The notes under the pieces are model-generated. The model saw only the letters and a program-made list of their open reading frames with translations, was not told the DNA's origin and did no database searches. DNA of 62,961 nucleotides, the filler included, from Dimargaris cristalligena (Eukaryota), in assembly GCA_003614675.1 (NCBI GenBank). It is 6 parts of 6 records of this genome, joined end to end, with 100 filler letters (N's around TTAATTAATTAA, not from the genome) between each part and the next. Parts side by side here need not be neighbours in the genome. Positions count along the whole stretch, not along the records: positions 10,523 to 20,941 come from ML003184.1; positions 21,042 to 31,459 come from ML003185.1; 4 more parts are not named here. The stretch is one strand, 5' to 3'. Made by a program: the position numbers and the translations under genes. Shown here in pieces: positions 13,855-26,828 of this stretch. Each line of letters opens with the position of its first letter. Positions within the stretch are counted from its first letter, which is position 1.

Positions 13855-16800
13855 TTGTCCAATACTTTACCTTCAGCATGTACCTATTAATATAACATTC
13901 CGTCAATTATATAAAGTTTTTATATTGCCTTCGTGGATAGTTAATAATGGGGTGGAAATAGGAAGATGACTGATCAAGCAATTCTTCGCGCTGGCTTACC
14001 ACCCGCGGAACGACAGCCGAGTCCACAGTATTAACAGAATGTTGAAAAAAAAAGTCATATAGTTTGCGATTCCCAGTATCAAGTATGAAGAAAGAAGGAA
14101 TAAAGAGCAACTTGGAAAAAGCGAAGCGCTCCCCCAGCTGAATAGTGAAGAAGCTCACTTAATATTTGTGCGTCATCCTGGATAAACACCGCTTGACTAT
14201 AGTATCCCCGTGAAGGAAGGATGGAGCTGGCTAATCCCAGTGGGAGTATGACGTGGCAACTACACCTATGATCTAGCTCAAATGGGAGGGAGCGAAACCA
14301 GGAAACTAAGCCATGACGCAGTATAATTTATGACGAGTGTCCCTTGTCTGATATCTACTCCGAAGCCAGGCATTAGAATGGTGTGAAATTGGGAATTGGG
14401 CACACTCTATGGCAGCTGAAAAAAAACATAAATGATCAGCTGCTACGTTGATTTTCCTTCAAGTGTGACGAATGGGCAATGGCAATTGACAAAAGCACAA
14501 GATAACTAGGTCAGCGAACTATAGTGCAGAACCGGATAGGGACGGTATTAACAGGTCCACTATCTGATCATCTTTGTAGTATATTCTTTATAGTGGTGCC
14601 TCATTGTGACGGAAAAGCAGCCTGGACCAACGGCGAACTAGGCCCATTTTGGGGCGGAACGAAGTCCAGTGTATCCCCTAGTCCGGCTTGACCAGTATAT
14701 TAGATAAGTTTGGGGGAGGCGCGGGTGGTTGGGGATGGGGATGAGGATGAGGATGAGGGGTTAGTGAGGGTTAAAGAGGGGTTTTTTTTGGTGTTTTTCA
14801 CGGAAAGGTCGACGAGCCCAGCCAGTGGAGAAAGAGGTGGTTTGCAAGTATATACTGAATTGTTAGTTCTTATTTATGTGGAACGGGCTTGAAAAAAGGA
14901 AATCCTTGCAACAACTATGCCCATCCCGTATCGAATCATGGATATAAAAATAGGCTGATGGGAAGCCCGCCAAGGTCTTCGAGGTATCGCAAGTGGCCGA
15001 TAAATCACCGGCGGATGACTTTTATGGGTGATAAGCCAACCAGCAGCAGCTGATTACCATTCGGTTTGACAAGCCCCGAGACCTGCCCTCCTCACCTTCC
15101 ACTAGCCTTGCTCGGCCAATAGACCGGGGGGATGCTTGCTATTCCAAAGGCTAGGTTTCGGAGGATTCTTATTCGTTTGACCGGGGATTGGCTGAAACGT
15201 AGAGGCATACAGGTTTAGAGATACTGGGAGGGGTTCTACCCCATTGGCCCCCTTCAGCCAATCCATTATATTCTATTAGCTCTGTGTTCCCCACCACCTC
15301 ACACCATCAGCTGAGTACATCTTGTAAAATTAATCTCTGGAATACGGGGTCTAGAGTCGCACATTACAATAGGGGAAATACTAAAATGGTAAGTGATGGC
15401 TTAGGAAGCATTGGCCAATTTCAAGTAAAACTAAAATATTATTAAAAAGTAGATACGCAGTGGAGTTCCACTTTAATGACCATTGACGTTTAGACTATAA
15501 TGCGATTAAACAACAATGTCCGATAAAACCGGGTAGCAACCCCCCCCTGGGAACCTACCCGTCGCATACGAATGTGCTAATTGATGGTGTGTTATCCGAC
15601 TGTTTGTGCTTAATTATTAACAATAGAGGGAAAGCCGCTGTGCTGCTAGGCGGATCAATGCGGAACAGTTTGGTATTAGCAGATTCGCTTTGGTTTTCCA
15701 TTGCCTTTTACCTATCGGGGATGTGAGTGTGGGTATGTAGCTTTTGTGTATGGTGTTTTGCCTAGTTGGAGTGTTCTCTGGTGCTAATAGGATACCCCTC
15801 CCCCTCCATTCAGGCAAGTCTGCCGGAATTCGCCCCAGCCTTATTCTAATACCAGTACATTGGACGGGGGGGGGTCAAATGTCAGAAAAAAAAGGGCAAC
15901 TCATTATGCGCGTATAGTCCCATAACGCAATTTACATGCACTGATATATTTCTGGTAGAATTGGAGGGCGGAAACCCATCACCCAGATAGTGTAGCCTTG
16001 AATGGGGGCGGGGTATCCCTGGTCAGTGATGGGCGGGCGATAAAGCTATACGTCGTCCCGGAACTCGAATGAGGTCACGAATGACAGCGAAAAGGAGGTG
16101 GCTGTAGCGAAAAGAAATCCCCGATATAAGCACACTTTATGCGCCAATGACGAAGGATTGGAGGAAAGATGCCGGAGAGGAAGGGGGGCTGAACCACAGC
16201 CAATTCAACGCACGGTAATGCACTGTCCATATAGTGACATTTATCAGTGACGGCTTTCAAGATAATACCACAGATTGAGAGGGGGGCGGTGCCACTGGGG
16301 AGAACCTGTTCAGCGTCAGTAAGACTGTTTCGTTACATAAGTCGAATTGAAACTAGAAGGGGATGGGGAAAGGATGCTCCAACCTTGTCTTCAGCCCTCC
16401 CTGGTTGAATATCGTGTATAACAGGGCAATCATTCCCGATAGAAATGACGAACACGCGATAGCTGCCCATTGTAGACGTCGATTGTCATCTAGTGAGTGA
16501 AACAGACGGCTGCATGCCAGCCCTTGAGTGTTGCTGGGCACTCGCAGCTCTGTATTTGGTCTCGACTCTGGGCCATCTTCTGTTAGCCCGCTCGATGGTT
16601 CGCACCACCGCACTTCTCGCCCATACATGGGGGGTGGCTAACCGATTCAGGGTGGGCTGATCTAAAGTCATTAACGATTTCACTGGGTGTGTAGAGGGGC
16701 CCATGCGTTTGCAATGGTAGGGGGAGGGATGGTCGGATATTTAGGAGAACCAGCCCCTAAGACGGTTCGGATCCACTGATTGCAGTTCCTGGCTTGGCTT

Positions 16801-17836
16801 GGGACTAAAGCACATGCTTGGGAACGTGGAATATCCTCCCCAGTAAATGCACTGAACCGGCGGGAAATTCGACACTGAGGCTATATAATACCCACACAGC
16901 AGAGATTTTGGGGATGAAATGCAGTGGTTGTCGTATGTGTATGTGTGTGTTTTTTCTATATTGTTGAGGATGTGGCGGTGATATTTGGGCAATGGGGCCC
17001 ATCGCACACACAGTATCTGAGGTATCGGGCAGTACCGCCGAGCGCGAGCGGTATATGAGGGTGGACCAGCCAACCATATGGTGGGTATTTTTTCATGCTG
17101 ACAGTGACAATTATATTGTAGGGGAGAGGCACAGTGTGCGCTGGGAATATCCATCGATTCACTCTACCAATCAGTACAACTTCAGGACCTAAAATATGGA
17201 CTTGGAGGGTCGAGGTCAATCGTTATTGGTGGCAACAAAGGTTTGCAAGGGCGACGCAGGGGATAATCGTCGGGCTTAATGGGTTGTCCGGGTTGGCAAC
17301 GGGGGAGTGCAGGTGCTGGGGCGGACTATTTCCGAGTTCCGGAAACGAGATGGTGGCGGGTAGAAAAGCGAGAAATGAATTTAGAGAGAGAGAGAGAGAG
17401 GAAAAGAAAGAGGAAGAGAAAGAAAGAGAGTGTGTGGTGCCAATCGGCGGCCACTCCCAAAACCACTATAGTTCTCGGGCCGGTATGAGCCGCAGGGGAG
17501 TCGTTGTACTGCTGGCATGTATGCGTGGCTCGATGGGTCAACATCGTCCCGACTGACGGCCGACGAAAGCGGGCTTTTCTAATTACATACACGCATATAC
17601 ATACACATACTCTTTCTTTATAGTGGTGGGCGAGTGGGATCAGCCGCATTATATGAACGGCCCTGGCGATGCGGGGGGCTACTACGCATATAGAGAGAGA
17701 TGAGTAGCATACCCCCCGTAACCGGCCATTTGTCTGATTCGTCTTGTTCTACCATCCCCTGGGCTCGCTGTATGCTCTCGAATGTAGTCGCTATATGCAC
17801 CATATTGCACTTGCTTTTCCTCCGGCTGTACATTTC

Positions 17837-17850
17837 TATAAATATATAAA
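17837..17850 (+). promoter_or_regulatory. Putative TATA box (TATAAATATATAAA) preceding a long pyrimidine-rich leader
   Basis: Strong TATA element. It is followed by a GTAAGC..CTTCTTCTAG intron (18155-18270) and then CT-rich sequence up to an ATG at 20695. Confidence 0.45.
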
Positions 17851-18511
17851 GGGAGCCCGGGCCTGGTGTGGAGCGGGTTCGCACTATTCATGTTATTCAG
17901 TTAGCTGCTTATCATTTTCAATCGCCGTATCCACCACACCCCAGGGCACCTTCTAGTCGCTCGGTCCCTTACTAAGAGCCCCCCGCCTACTTCCTTTAAG
18001 GGGGCGGTGATTCTGGGATCCTTGTTCCATTTCCGGACTCCGTTCCCGGCCTCCTCTCGACTACGCCCATCTATTATTAACCCAGCGGCTCGCCTGCCGT
18101 CCGTCGATTTCCTGCGACAAAGTTCCGGTAATTGGCACTCGAATTCCACCCTAGGTAAGCCCACTTTTACTCAACAAACGAGGGTGAAAGTGAGGGGTGT
18201 ATGGTTAATCCTTTGCTCTCTTCCCCGCTGGGGTTGTGGAATTAATCTCCCTCCCTCTTTCTTCTTCTAGGCTACGGTCATCGCTGGTTGGTTCGTTGCC
18301 TCCCCTGGGTTCTTTTCGACTTTCCCACCGCCCGCACAACGGGAGGATTTCTCTACTTTATTATACACCCCTTCCCTCACTCTAATTCTATCATCAGAAA
18401 TCGCGCCTTTCCTTATAAACCCATTTCCATACGCGGCATCAACTCCAATTGCTCCGCATATCCAGAAAACTCTCCCCTCTCCCTTTCCTTCCTGCCTTCT
18501 TTCAGAGTTTC

Positions 18512-19804
18512 GCCAGTTTTGAAAAATCACCGTATATGCGCGCGTTCTAAGCTCCTTACTCTATGCGCCTACACTGTGGAAGACTACTACCCCCTTCCTA
18601 TAAAGTATTATTCTCCCTCTCTCTCTCTCTCTTTCCTCCTCCCCTTTCTTTTTCGTTTACCTTCGTTCTTTTTCTCACCCTTCCCTCCTCATACACCTTA
18701 TTGTCCCACCTGGCCTTGGGCCTAGCTCTACTGTATTTTCCTATTGCTCTCCTCATCCTTAGCCATTCCCCAGGAACGACATACCGCTTGTGTCAGTTTA
18801 GGCTGTCCTGTTTTTAATATTATTTACTTCCCCCTATACTTTATATTGTCGTGGGTGACCTACTTCACTTTTCAGTCCGTCGCACCAGTCTGGACTTTAT
18901 TCAGCGGCTTATATTCCTCCCGGCCCAGGTGCCACCTCGTTTTATTGTAGTCCAAGCCTGCGTACCACCTATTCCCCCCTCTCTGAATAGTATTATCTAC
19001 ACTATTACCTGGTTCGGGTCTTCTGAAGCACCACCGGTCCTCTTTGTTACTTGTAAGTCTTTTGACCACCTCTTTCTTGTTGAAGCCTCCCACTTCCTAG
19101 ACCTTTACCCCCTGTTGCCACCGAACCTGACCTCGGCCCCTAGCCTATTCCCCTTGCCAGTTTTGAAAAATCACCGTATATGCGCGCGTTCTAAGCTCCT
19201 TACTCTATGCGCCTACACTGTGGAAGACTACTACCCCCTTCCTATAAAGTATTATTCTCCCTCTCTCTCTCTCTCTTTCCTCCTCCCCTTTCTTTTTCGT
19301 TTACCTTCGTTCTTTTTCTCACCCTTCCCTCCTCATACACCTTATTGTCCCACCTGGCCTTGGGCCTAGCTCTACTGTATTTTCCTATTGCTCTCCTCAT
19401 CCTTAGCCATTCCCCAGGAACGACATACCGCTTGTGTCAGTTTAGGCTGTCCTGTTTTTAATATTATTTACTTCCCCCTATACTTTATATTGTCGTGGGT
19501 GACCTACTTCACTTTTCAGTCCGTCGCACCAGTCTGGACTTTATTCAGCGGCTTATATTCCTCCCGGCCCAGGTGCCACCTCGTTTTATTGTAGTCCAAG
19601 CCTGCGTACCACCTATTCCCCCCTCTCTGAATAGTATTATCTACACTATTACCTGGTTCGGGTCTTCTGAAGCACCACCGGTCCTCTTTGTTACTTGTAA
19701 GTCTTTTGACCACCTCTTTCTTGTTGAAGCCTCCCACTTCCTAGACCTTTACCCCCTGTTGCCACCGAACCTGACCTCGGCCCCTAGCCTATTCCCCTTG
19801 CCAG
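18512..19804 (+). repeat. 644-bp direct tandem duplication (18512-19155 / 19156-19799) bounded by GCCAG microhomology
   Basis: ORF-track peptides recur identically at a +644 offset in four frames. GCCAG occurs at 18512, 19156 and 19800. I saw no differences between the copies by eye. Confidence 0.95.
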
Positions 19805-20694
19805 GAAACCCCTGGCTTCAGTTTTGACCCGCTTAGTTTTTTTACTCGACTTGAACCGCCTATATTATTCACCCGGCACTTTCCTACGGTGTTCATGTGG
19901 CCTTGAGCCGGGCGCGTTGGTATAAATAATACCCCTCGGCGTGAATATACTGCACTATTTAGGTGTGTGTATCTCTCTGTTTTGTTTGGTACCGTAGTCT
20001 ATTTTTTCGGGGTTTGTCATTCGGGTCCGCCCACTTTACTTTCCTTATTTAGGGAATTTTTAGTGACCCTGGTTCTCTTCCCGTCCTTCTCCTCTATCTT
20101 ATTCGCTTACTCACTTGGCAAACGCCCTCTCTTTTTTAGCAACGCCCTATTCGCTCTTTTCCTCACAACCTATATGGCCCCAGCCAAGCTATATGCCTCT
20201 CCCAGACCCGCTCACTGGCCTGGACCGCTGAACTAACCTTATATCTCATTATTCGTTTTCTACCATACCATACCACTCCCAACCTATTATCATCCACCTC
20301 TCTCTTTCTCTAGGACTTCTTACAACACCATTATTATTAGTTACCCCGTGGTTTCTTCTTACTCGCAATCTTATTCTAAACAGCTCCAATAGCGAGCAAT
20401 TTAGTAGTGTGCCTCCTCAACTTCACTTATAGCAATTGGCAGACCTTTGTTCGCTCTCTAGTGGGCGCCGCCGACTTTTCTTTCCAATATTTTCACCGGG
20501 GCTGAGCTGCAGCACTTTCCACACTCTTTCTTTCTCTTTCTCACTCACGCTTGTCTCTTCCTCTTGTGTGCACTTTTGCTTCTCCATTCTACTGCGTTGA
20601 CTCGACTATCTACCCGTTTCCAGACGGGCTCTTTCATAGCACCTCCTTCTTCTCGGTGTATTGCTCACCACCCCCAATTGCCTCACATTTCGTC

Positions 20695-20941
20695 ATGAAA
20701 CCCACCCAGGTTCTATCCGAGTCCCGGCGACCGGTCACTCAACCCTCTACTGAGTCCCTGGGCCCCGTCCACCACAGTCTACAGTACTACTCCGTATACC
20801 CACGGAAAAAGTCGGCACCCGAACCCCGGAGTATGGCCAAAGTCCAGTCAGCCCCGCTACCACCTCTGACGACTCCTCAGCCCCGCACACCCGTTCGGCC
20901 GTCGTTCCAGCGTAAATTCTCCAACGACGACGTTCTCTACT
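20695..20941 (+). CDS. 5' fragment of a Ser/Pro-rich protein, truncated by the contig end
   Basis: ATG in GTCATG context after a CT-rich leader. The frame MKPTQVLSESRRP...RPSFQRKFSNDDVLY stays open into the linker and has a coding-like, higher-GC composition. Product unknown. Confidence 0.55.
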
Positions 20942-21041
20942 NNNNNNNNNNNNNNNNNNNNNNNNNNNNNNNNNNNNNNNNNNNNTTAATTAATTAANNN
21001 NNNNNNNNNNNNNNNNNNNNNNNNNNNNNNNNNNNNNNNNN
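20942..21041. other. Artificial contig linker
   Basis: N44-TTAATTAATTAA-N44. Confidence 0.98.
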
Positions 21042-22396
21042 ATCCAATATTCTGGGACCTTCTCTCCCTTTCTCTATTATCCATCTATCTTTTCATTTAG
21101 GCTTCCCCTTTTAAGTATAAATACTCACCCTTACTACTACCTCTTAGAATAGCAAGTTTATCATCACCTTTCCCTTCTTATTATCTTTTTTTTCAAATAA
21201 AGTTCAGTTTTCAAGGATTTAATTTTAGCTCTTTATAATGTGTAAAAGAAGAATCACAATTGTTGTTATTTTTTTTTTTGGAAAATACCACTATTACTTT
21301 CCCATATTTTTGATAAACCTACTTCTATTTTTTTTTGATAATATCTTTGACTAATGGAACCAAAGCTCAGATAGGTATTACAACTATAGGGGCTTTGGAC
21401 ATTGTACACAGTGACAAGGGGAGTATGATCCCCAATAAATCTAGATGTTATACTATCCATCCCTATTAGGCCTTATAGTACTATATTAACCTTATTATAA
21501 TCACCCCTAGTACTATGGGATTATCCTATATCATATAACCCCTCCCCTTCTAGACTCTGCCTCTTCACACTAATCACTCAAGTGCTAATCTAAAGACTCT
21601 TCTAGTTACTATTAGAGTCTTCTTAATACCTGTAACCATTGGGTTAACACATTTACCTATACCTTAATCTTAGTAGTACTCTTCCCTTGGAACCTCCCTC
21701 TGGAGTTGTCTCTATATATATATAACCAGCCCCCATTGTGGACCAGTTCAATTCCTTAGCTTATTCTTACCCCCTAGTTTACCCTGTAATGGCCAAACCC
21801 TCTAATTATATTCATCACTGTTAGTGGCCAATTAGAGCCATCAGTGTCTTATCTATTATAATGTGAACCCCAACATATATCTCTATATAGTCATTACCTC
21901 ACTCCAAAATAGTTTGAGGAGGTTTCCTTTTCTTCTTAGCACATAAATATTATAACTATACTAAATTGTCAATAATACACTTAACAACCCCAATAAACAC
22001 TTTATACACTCACCCCCTTATACCTAACTAGTAAGTATACCCACTATATATCCCTTATATATACTTACTACCTTGCCTTTATTAGTTAGTGTTATACCCC
22101 ATACCTGATGCCAGTAGCCTATTTAGCCAAGCCTAAGCCCTGCCTACTGTTGGAAGCCTATCTTCAAGACTCTTGACATACTAAACATAGTTAACTTAGG
22201 TGATATTGTCATTATATACATACAAACTAGAAAGGAAGGGCTTTCTTTTAGTTATAACAGTTTATTTCTACCTTTATTGGTTTCTAAATAATTACCTTTT
22301 TAATCTAAAAGTGCAAAGCATTGATACCCTTTTAGGAGCCACTGTATATGTCTAATCTTGCTATATCTATTATTTAAAGGTTTTAACAAATGAATT
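21042..22396. repeat. CpG-free, TpA-rich block; probable hypermutated repeat or transposon relic
   Basis: Manual scan found no CG dinucleotide between 21042 and 22396 (first CG at 22397), although C and G are common. TA dinucleotides and stop codons are abundant. No protein similarity recognised. Confidence 0.55.
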
Positions 22397-23864
22397 CGCT
22401 GTAAAAAACGTAATTCGTGGATGTGTAATGCCTTGCCCCGGGGATCCGGGAGGGGTGACAATTTGCCTGCCGGGTTGAGAAGACCCGGAGTGAGACACGG
22501 AAGTCAGCCTAGACATTCGTAAATTTGGGGATTCAGGCCGAGAGGGCAATGGTGATGCCAAAGTCTCCTGCAGAGAGACCGATTGATTGCGACTGGAGCA
22601 AAACATATTATGAATTATTGGTAACGTGGTAAGAGGATCAATGATGGTTATTAGTTTGTTTAAAAATATAGTCAAATGATGATGGATAAATAGAAAATCA
22701 TGGCTACTTGCTGCTTCACCCTTGATGACTTCTTCAAAATACAATGACTAGAAGGGTTTTTTATTTTATAATGAATGCTAAAGATCGAATGGAAATAATA
22801 TATAATGCTAGGTTTTTTCGCTCCCCGATTTAGGGAGCAAAACTGGTGGGTTTAAATACCGCAGACCTCAAACTAAGGATGCGGATTTTTACAGCCCTCA
22901 GTCGGGCAGCGGGAGGGGTTTGCCCCTTCTCGATGAGGTACACTGCTGCCCCATGGTCAGCTACGGACACTAACTTCCTCCAGCAGCTACGATCGTAACA
23001 GCTGGCTCCTACGACGGCCCGATGAAGATGTCTCCATTATATGAAATGGGAAGATGTTGAAACTGATAACAATTGATCCGGTTTGATAGAAGAAAAGGCT
23101 TCCCGAACCCCATAATATGCAACACTATATGAACTAGGGGAGAATATCGGGAAGTATATACACAAGTAAAAGGGATAACGAATAAACTTTCCCAATTCTG
23201 CACTTTGCAACACTACAGATGTTTACTACTTTCTAATGCATTTCAAATATTTAACATGGTCGCTTCTCGGATCACTACCTCCGCCAATTGGTGTGCAACA
23301 TAATATATAGTATGCTGTGTATGACCACACCAACCAGTTGCCTTTACCAGGTCGATTTGCCTGATTATGGTAATGTATAGCTACTTGAAGACGATGCTTT
23401 GCCTTTTGGCGTATGGAGGAGGCTCGGTTCCGCTGTATAATAAGCAACTTCTACATATTTTATCATTCGTATTTTATTAAAAATCTTATTCGGTTGTGTT
23501 GAATGCACTTGTATGTATATCAAGAATTGGCAATACATAAACAGGAGCATTCTCCTCTACTTACCGCGTTCCTTAGCTAATATAATGGCTATCCATGGCG
23601 GGGATTTTAAAGTCCCAGCTATCCCGCAGGGTGAGTGACTCTCTGGGACAAATAGCAAGGGAGGTCGAGGCTACTGCTCAGGCGTGGTGGCCCCTGACGT
23701 TGACGTTGAAGTCTCCCTAATGTTCATGTTCATAGTTTTATTTTCATTCACATACTTGCCTTTGCTCATCCTAGTGGTGGAAGTTCTGCTCACCCTCATT
23801 CGGTCGCCACCTTCCTTCTTATCTATTTTTTTCATTTAGGGTACTCGCTCTTTAGCAGTTACCC

Positions 23865-26299
23865 ATGGACAACGAGCGCTCCATCGTCTATGGTCTAGGG
23901 TCGCAAGTAGGTGTTTAATGGTTCTTGACTTCCTAGTGCTCAACGCCATCTGGAAAAATGTCACCTTTTCCTGGCAGGCCCTGACTCATTGCAGTTTCTA
24001 TCCATCACCTTCCCTTGCGTAACCCGACTATCTCTAGGCTCGTTGTTTGACCAGCGTTCGGGCCAACGCCAACGAAACCAAGTTCCTCGTCGGGACCGTC
24101 GGCCTGCACCAGGACAATGAGGTAGGCCTTTAGTTTCATGCTTACCTGGCTATCCATCGAGCCTACAATTTAATACCACCCACTTCATAGCCATATCTCC
24201 ACTTGGGGGTTGTCCCAAGTACCCGAGTTCACATACCTCATTTATACTCACTCGACAACATCTTCGAGTTGCTACCTGTGGGCTCAATCCTATTAATAAC
24301 CCTCCAGATTCATTTACTTACCCTGGGCGACGAAGAAACCCAGCTCTCGAGCGAAATATACCTTCACCCCAATGAGATATGGCACATTGAATCCTGCCCA
24401 ACCAAAGAGGATTCTTTTTTCACCGTCTCGAAATCTAGTACGTTCCTAAAGTGTTTTGTGCTCTATGAAGTCCAGTATAACCCGTTGCCAAAGTTAAAAT
24501 GCATTACGCCTGGTTCATGATTATGGGAATAGCTTTTTGATAGCAAACCATACCTCAAATTTACCAATGTCCAACAATTGAGCCTTTCCCTTAACTTGCA
24601 TTTACTTTGAAATCACTAGTCGTCGGCTCGTCGGCCTGCAATACAGCCACGTTGTGGTCGATGGTGTCTAGCCCAACTGATGACCCCGGCTCTGCCGACA
24701 ACCCCGACCGGAGTCTGTTTCAGTGCTTAACATTGGATGACAACTATTTAGATCCAACCGTATTCAGGCTTTGTTGGGGTCAGGCAGCGGCTGCCGACCG
24801 TATCCTTACCATCGGAGAAAAATCCATACAAATCTGGTCGGCCGGAGATGCCCTTGATGCAGCAACGGTAAGTTTCCCTGGCTATTACTGAATTGGACAA
24901 TACCTCGATCATTCTGCTCGCGATTAGCCAGACTGACAGTGTATATTATTGGCCTAATCATTGTCTCTATTCCTGCTCCGCGATGGTTAAGACCGTGGGT
25001 TTTTGTCCCAGTCTACCTACCCCATCGACTGCCTCACTTAAACTTGCTAAACTCACCTCCAATCTCCCTCTCCAATTGGATCACCCAGTGTATAACCAGC
25101 CTCCAGGCTCGCGATCATGGTATTTCTCGGCTAACTGCCGCCACCTGGTCTCCTCAAGGCGAGCAGTTTACCACGGCGGGTGATTGTAGTATACAGGGAT
25201 GGGATCCCCGCGCACTAAGGTAAGGATTTGCTTAGTCCCGGTTTTTTTAAACAGTATCCCCATAGCTGATGCTGCCTTGAATAATAATGGCCTGGCTTCT
25301 TTTTTTGGGAGGGAGGGGATATATATCAATTTATAGCCTGCTCCATGTTTAGTATTAATGGTGCATTTCTCTAATCCTGTCAATATACACACTCTGGCTT
25401 TCCCCATCCAATGAAATACAGGGGCGGAGCTTCATTTGTTGTAACCGAGGCCCACGAGGGCGAAATCCTAGATTTAGACTACAATCCCAATCGCCCCCAG
25501 CAACTAGCCACATGTGGCGAGGACTGTAAAGTGCGAATTTGGGACCTTCGAAACCTTTCCCAGCCGCTAATGATGATGGCCGATCATACCCATTGGTAGG
25601 TTTCCTTTCGACTAAAGTGGAGGCCGGCAGTCTAATTGCCGCTGAGAATCCAAGACGCCTATCGGAATAATCCATTCGTCCAAGGTAGCTAGGACAACTA
25701 AATTAATCTTATACATTGTATTCCATATTCCGTATACCAATCCATCACTTTCTGTTATATCTAATCTAGGGTTTGGGCTGTGGCCTACAACCATTTCCAT
25801 GACCAGCTACTCTTAACCTCCAGTTCCGACTGCACTGTGAATCTGGAGAGTATTGTGTCGGTGTCTAGCGCTTCTCTCATCAAGCGTGATAGTGACGACG
25901 GCGACTCGGATGTGGAGCAGGGGGGGGATCCCGAATACCGCCAATACGCACACCAGGATAATGGCAGCTTCGAGTAAGTGTCTTCCTCTAATCAACTAAA
26001 CCAAGCTGAATTTGTGGGTGCTCAGGTATGTGTTGAACAGCACAGTCGCTACTCCACTTGTACTATTTGATCAGTCACTTATTCTCTTTTTGTTCCTTGC
26101 TTATTGTATATCTGTATAACCAACCATATACAGGAGACCGACTGACGGGCTGGTCGCGACATTTGATCAGCACGAGGAGAGCCTATATTCGGTTAGCTGG
26201 AGTGAGGCCAACCCGTGGGTGTTTGCTTCATTATCGTACGATGGGCGAGTTGTGGTCAATTTTGTACCCCAAGAAGAAAAGTACAAGATTATCTTATAG
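23865..26299 (+). CDS. EIPR1: WD40 protein EIPR1/TSSC1 (EARP/GARP-interacting protein), 8 exons, ~392 aa
   Basis: Exons 23865-23906, 24038-24121, 24308-24437, 24620-24867, 25089-25219, 25422-25595, 25770-25973, 26134-26299 sum to 1179 nt in frame. Hallmarks: [56 protein letters not shown] and C-terminal HEESLYSVSWSEANPWVFASLSYDGRVVVNFVP..KYKIIL. Confidence 0.93.
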
Positions 26300-26828
26300 A
26301 GGTTTTGAATAGATTCCGGTGTATGCCCAGTCTACTACTAGCCTTGTCGAATGGTTATGGCCTGTCTGGGCCAATCGGCATATAACATTCCCTCTTTCAG
26401 CCCGATAAAATGACCTATGATAGCCTAAAATATCGTCTAGTGAATATAGGATGATGTTGGGTAGATAGACAGGGCAGAAAAGGGCACCAGCCGTTATAAT
26501 CTCCAGTGGTATGTGCATCATACTATGGATTCGGCGGTGTATTTGTAAAAAGCGGTACATATTAAAAATATATCCCATCCCGCTCACAATTTACCCACCT
26601 GCTTAAAACAAAATTCGATTGGCCCAGTCTATTATCAGTCACCGAATATTTTCCTCAATAAATAAAAAAAAGAAACACTTACATTCTTCGAATCCCTCTA
26701 TTTCGACGAGCCAGCTCTTTCTCTATCCATACATGGTGTAGTAGCCTAATCCCCTCATTGCTTCTTCCCGACCTGCTCATTTCGCTTCTTCTACCTGAGC
26801 AACCGGCCGCAAGTCCATTTAACCCACC

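Noticed and set aside
13966..14185. Coding-like stretch MTDQAILRAGLPPAERQ...
   Set aside because: Early stop and a frameshift at a poly-A run; no recognisable family.
18288..19827. Repeated ORFs in the duplication as a gene family or LTR pair
   Set aside because: Peptides are F/L/S/P-rich artefacts of CT-rich DNA. The copies abut directly, with no internal gag/pol, TG..CA ends or target-site duplication.
24141..24150. CTTACCTGGC resembling the U1 snRNA 5' end
   Set aside because: Short match inside EIPR1 intron 2 with no U1 stem-loops or Sm site.
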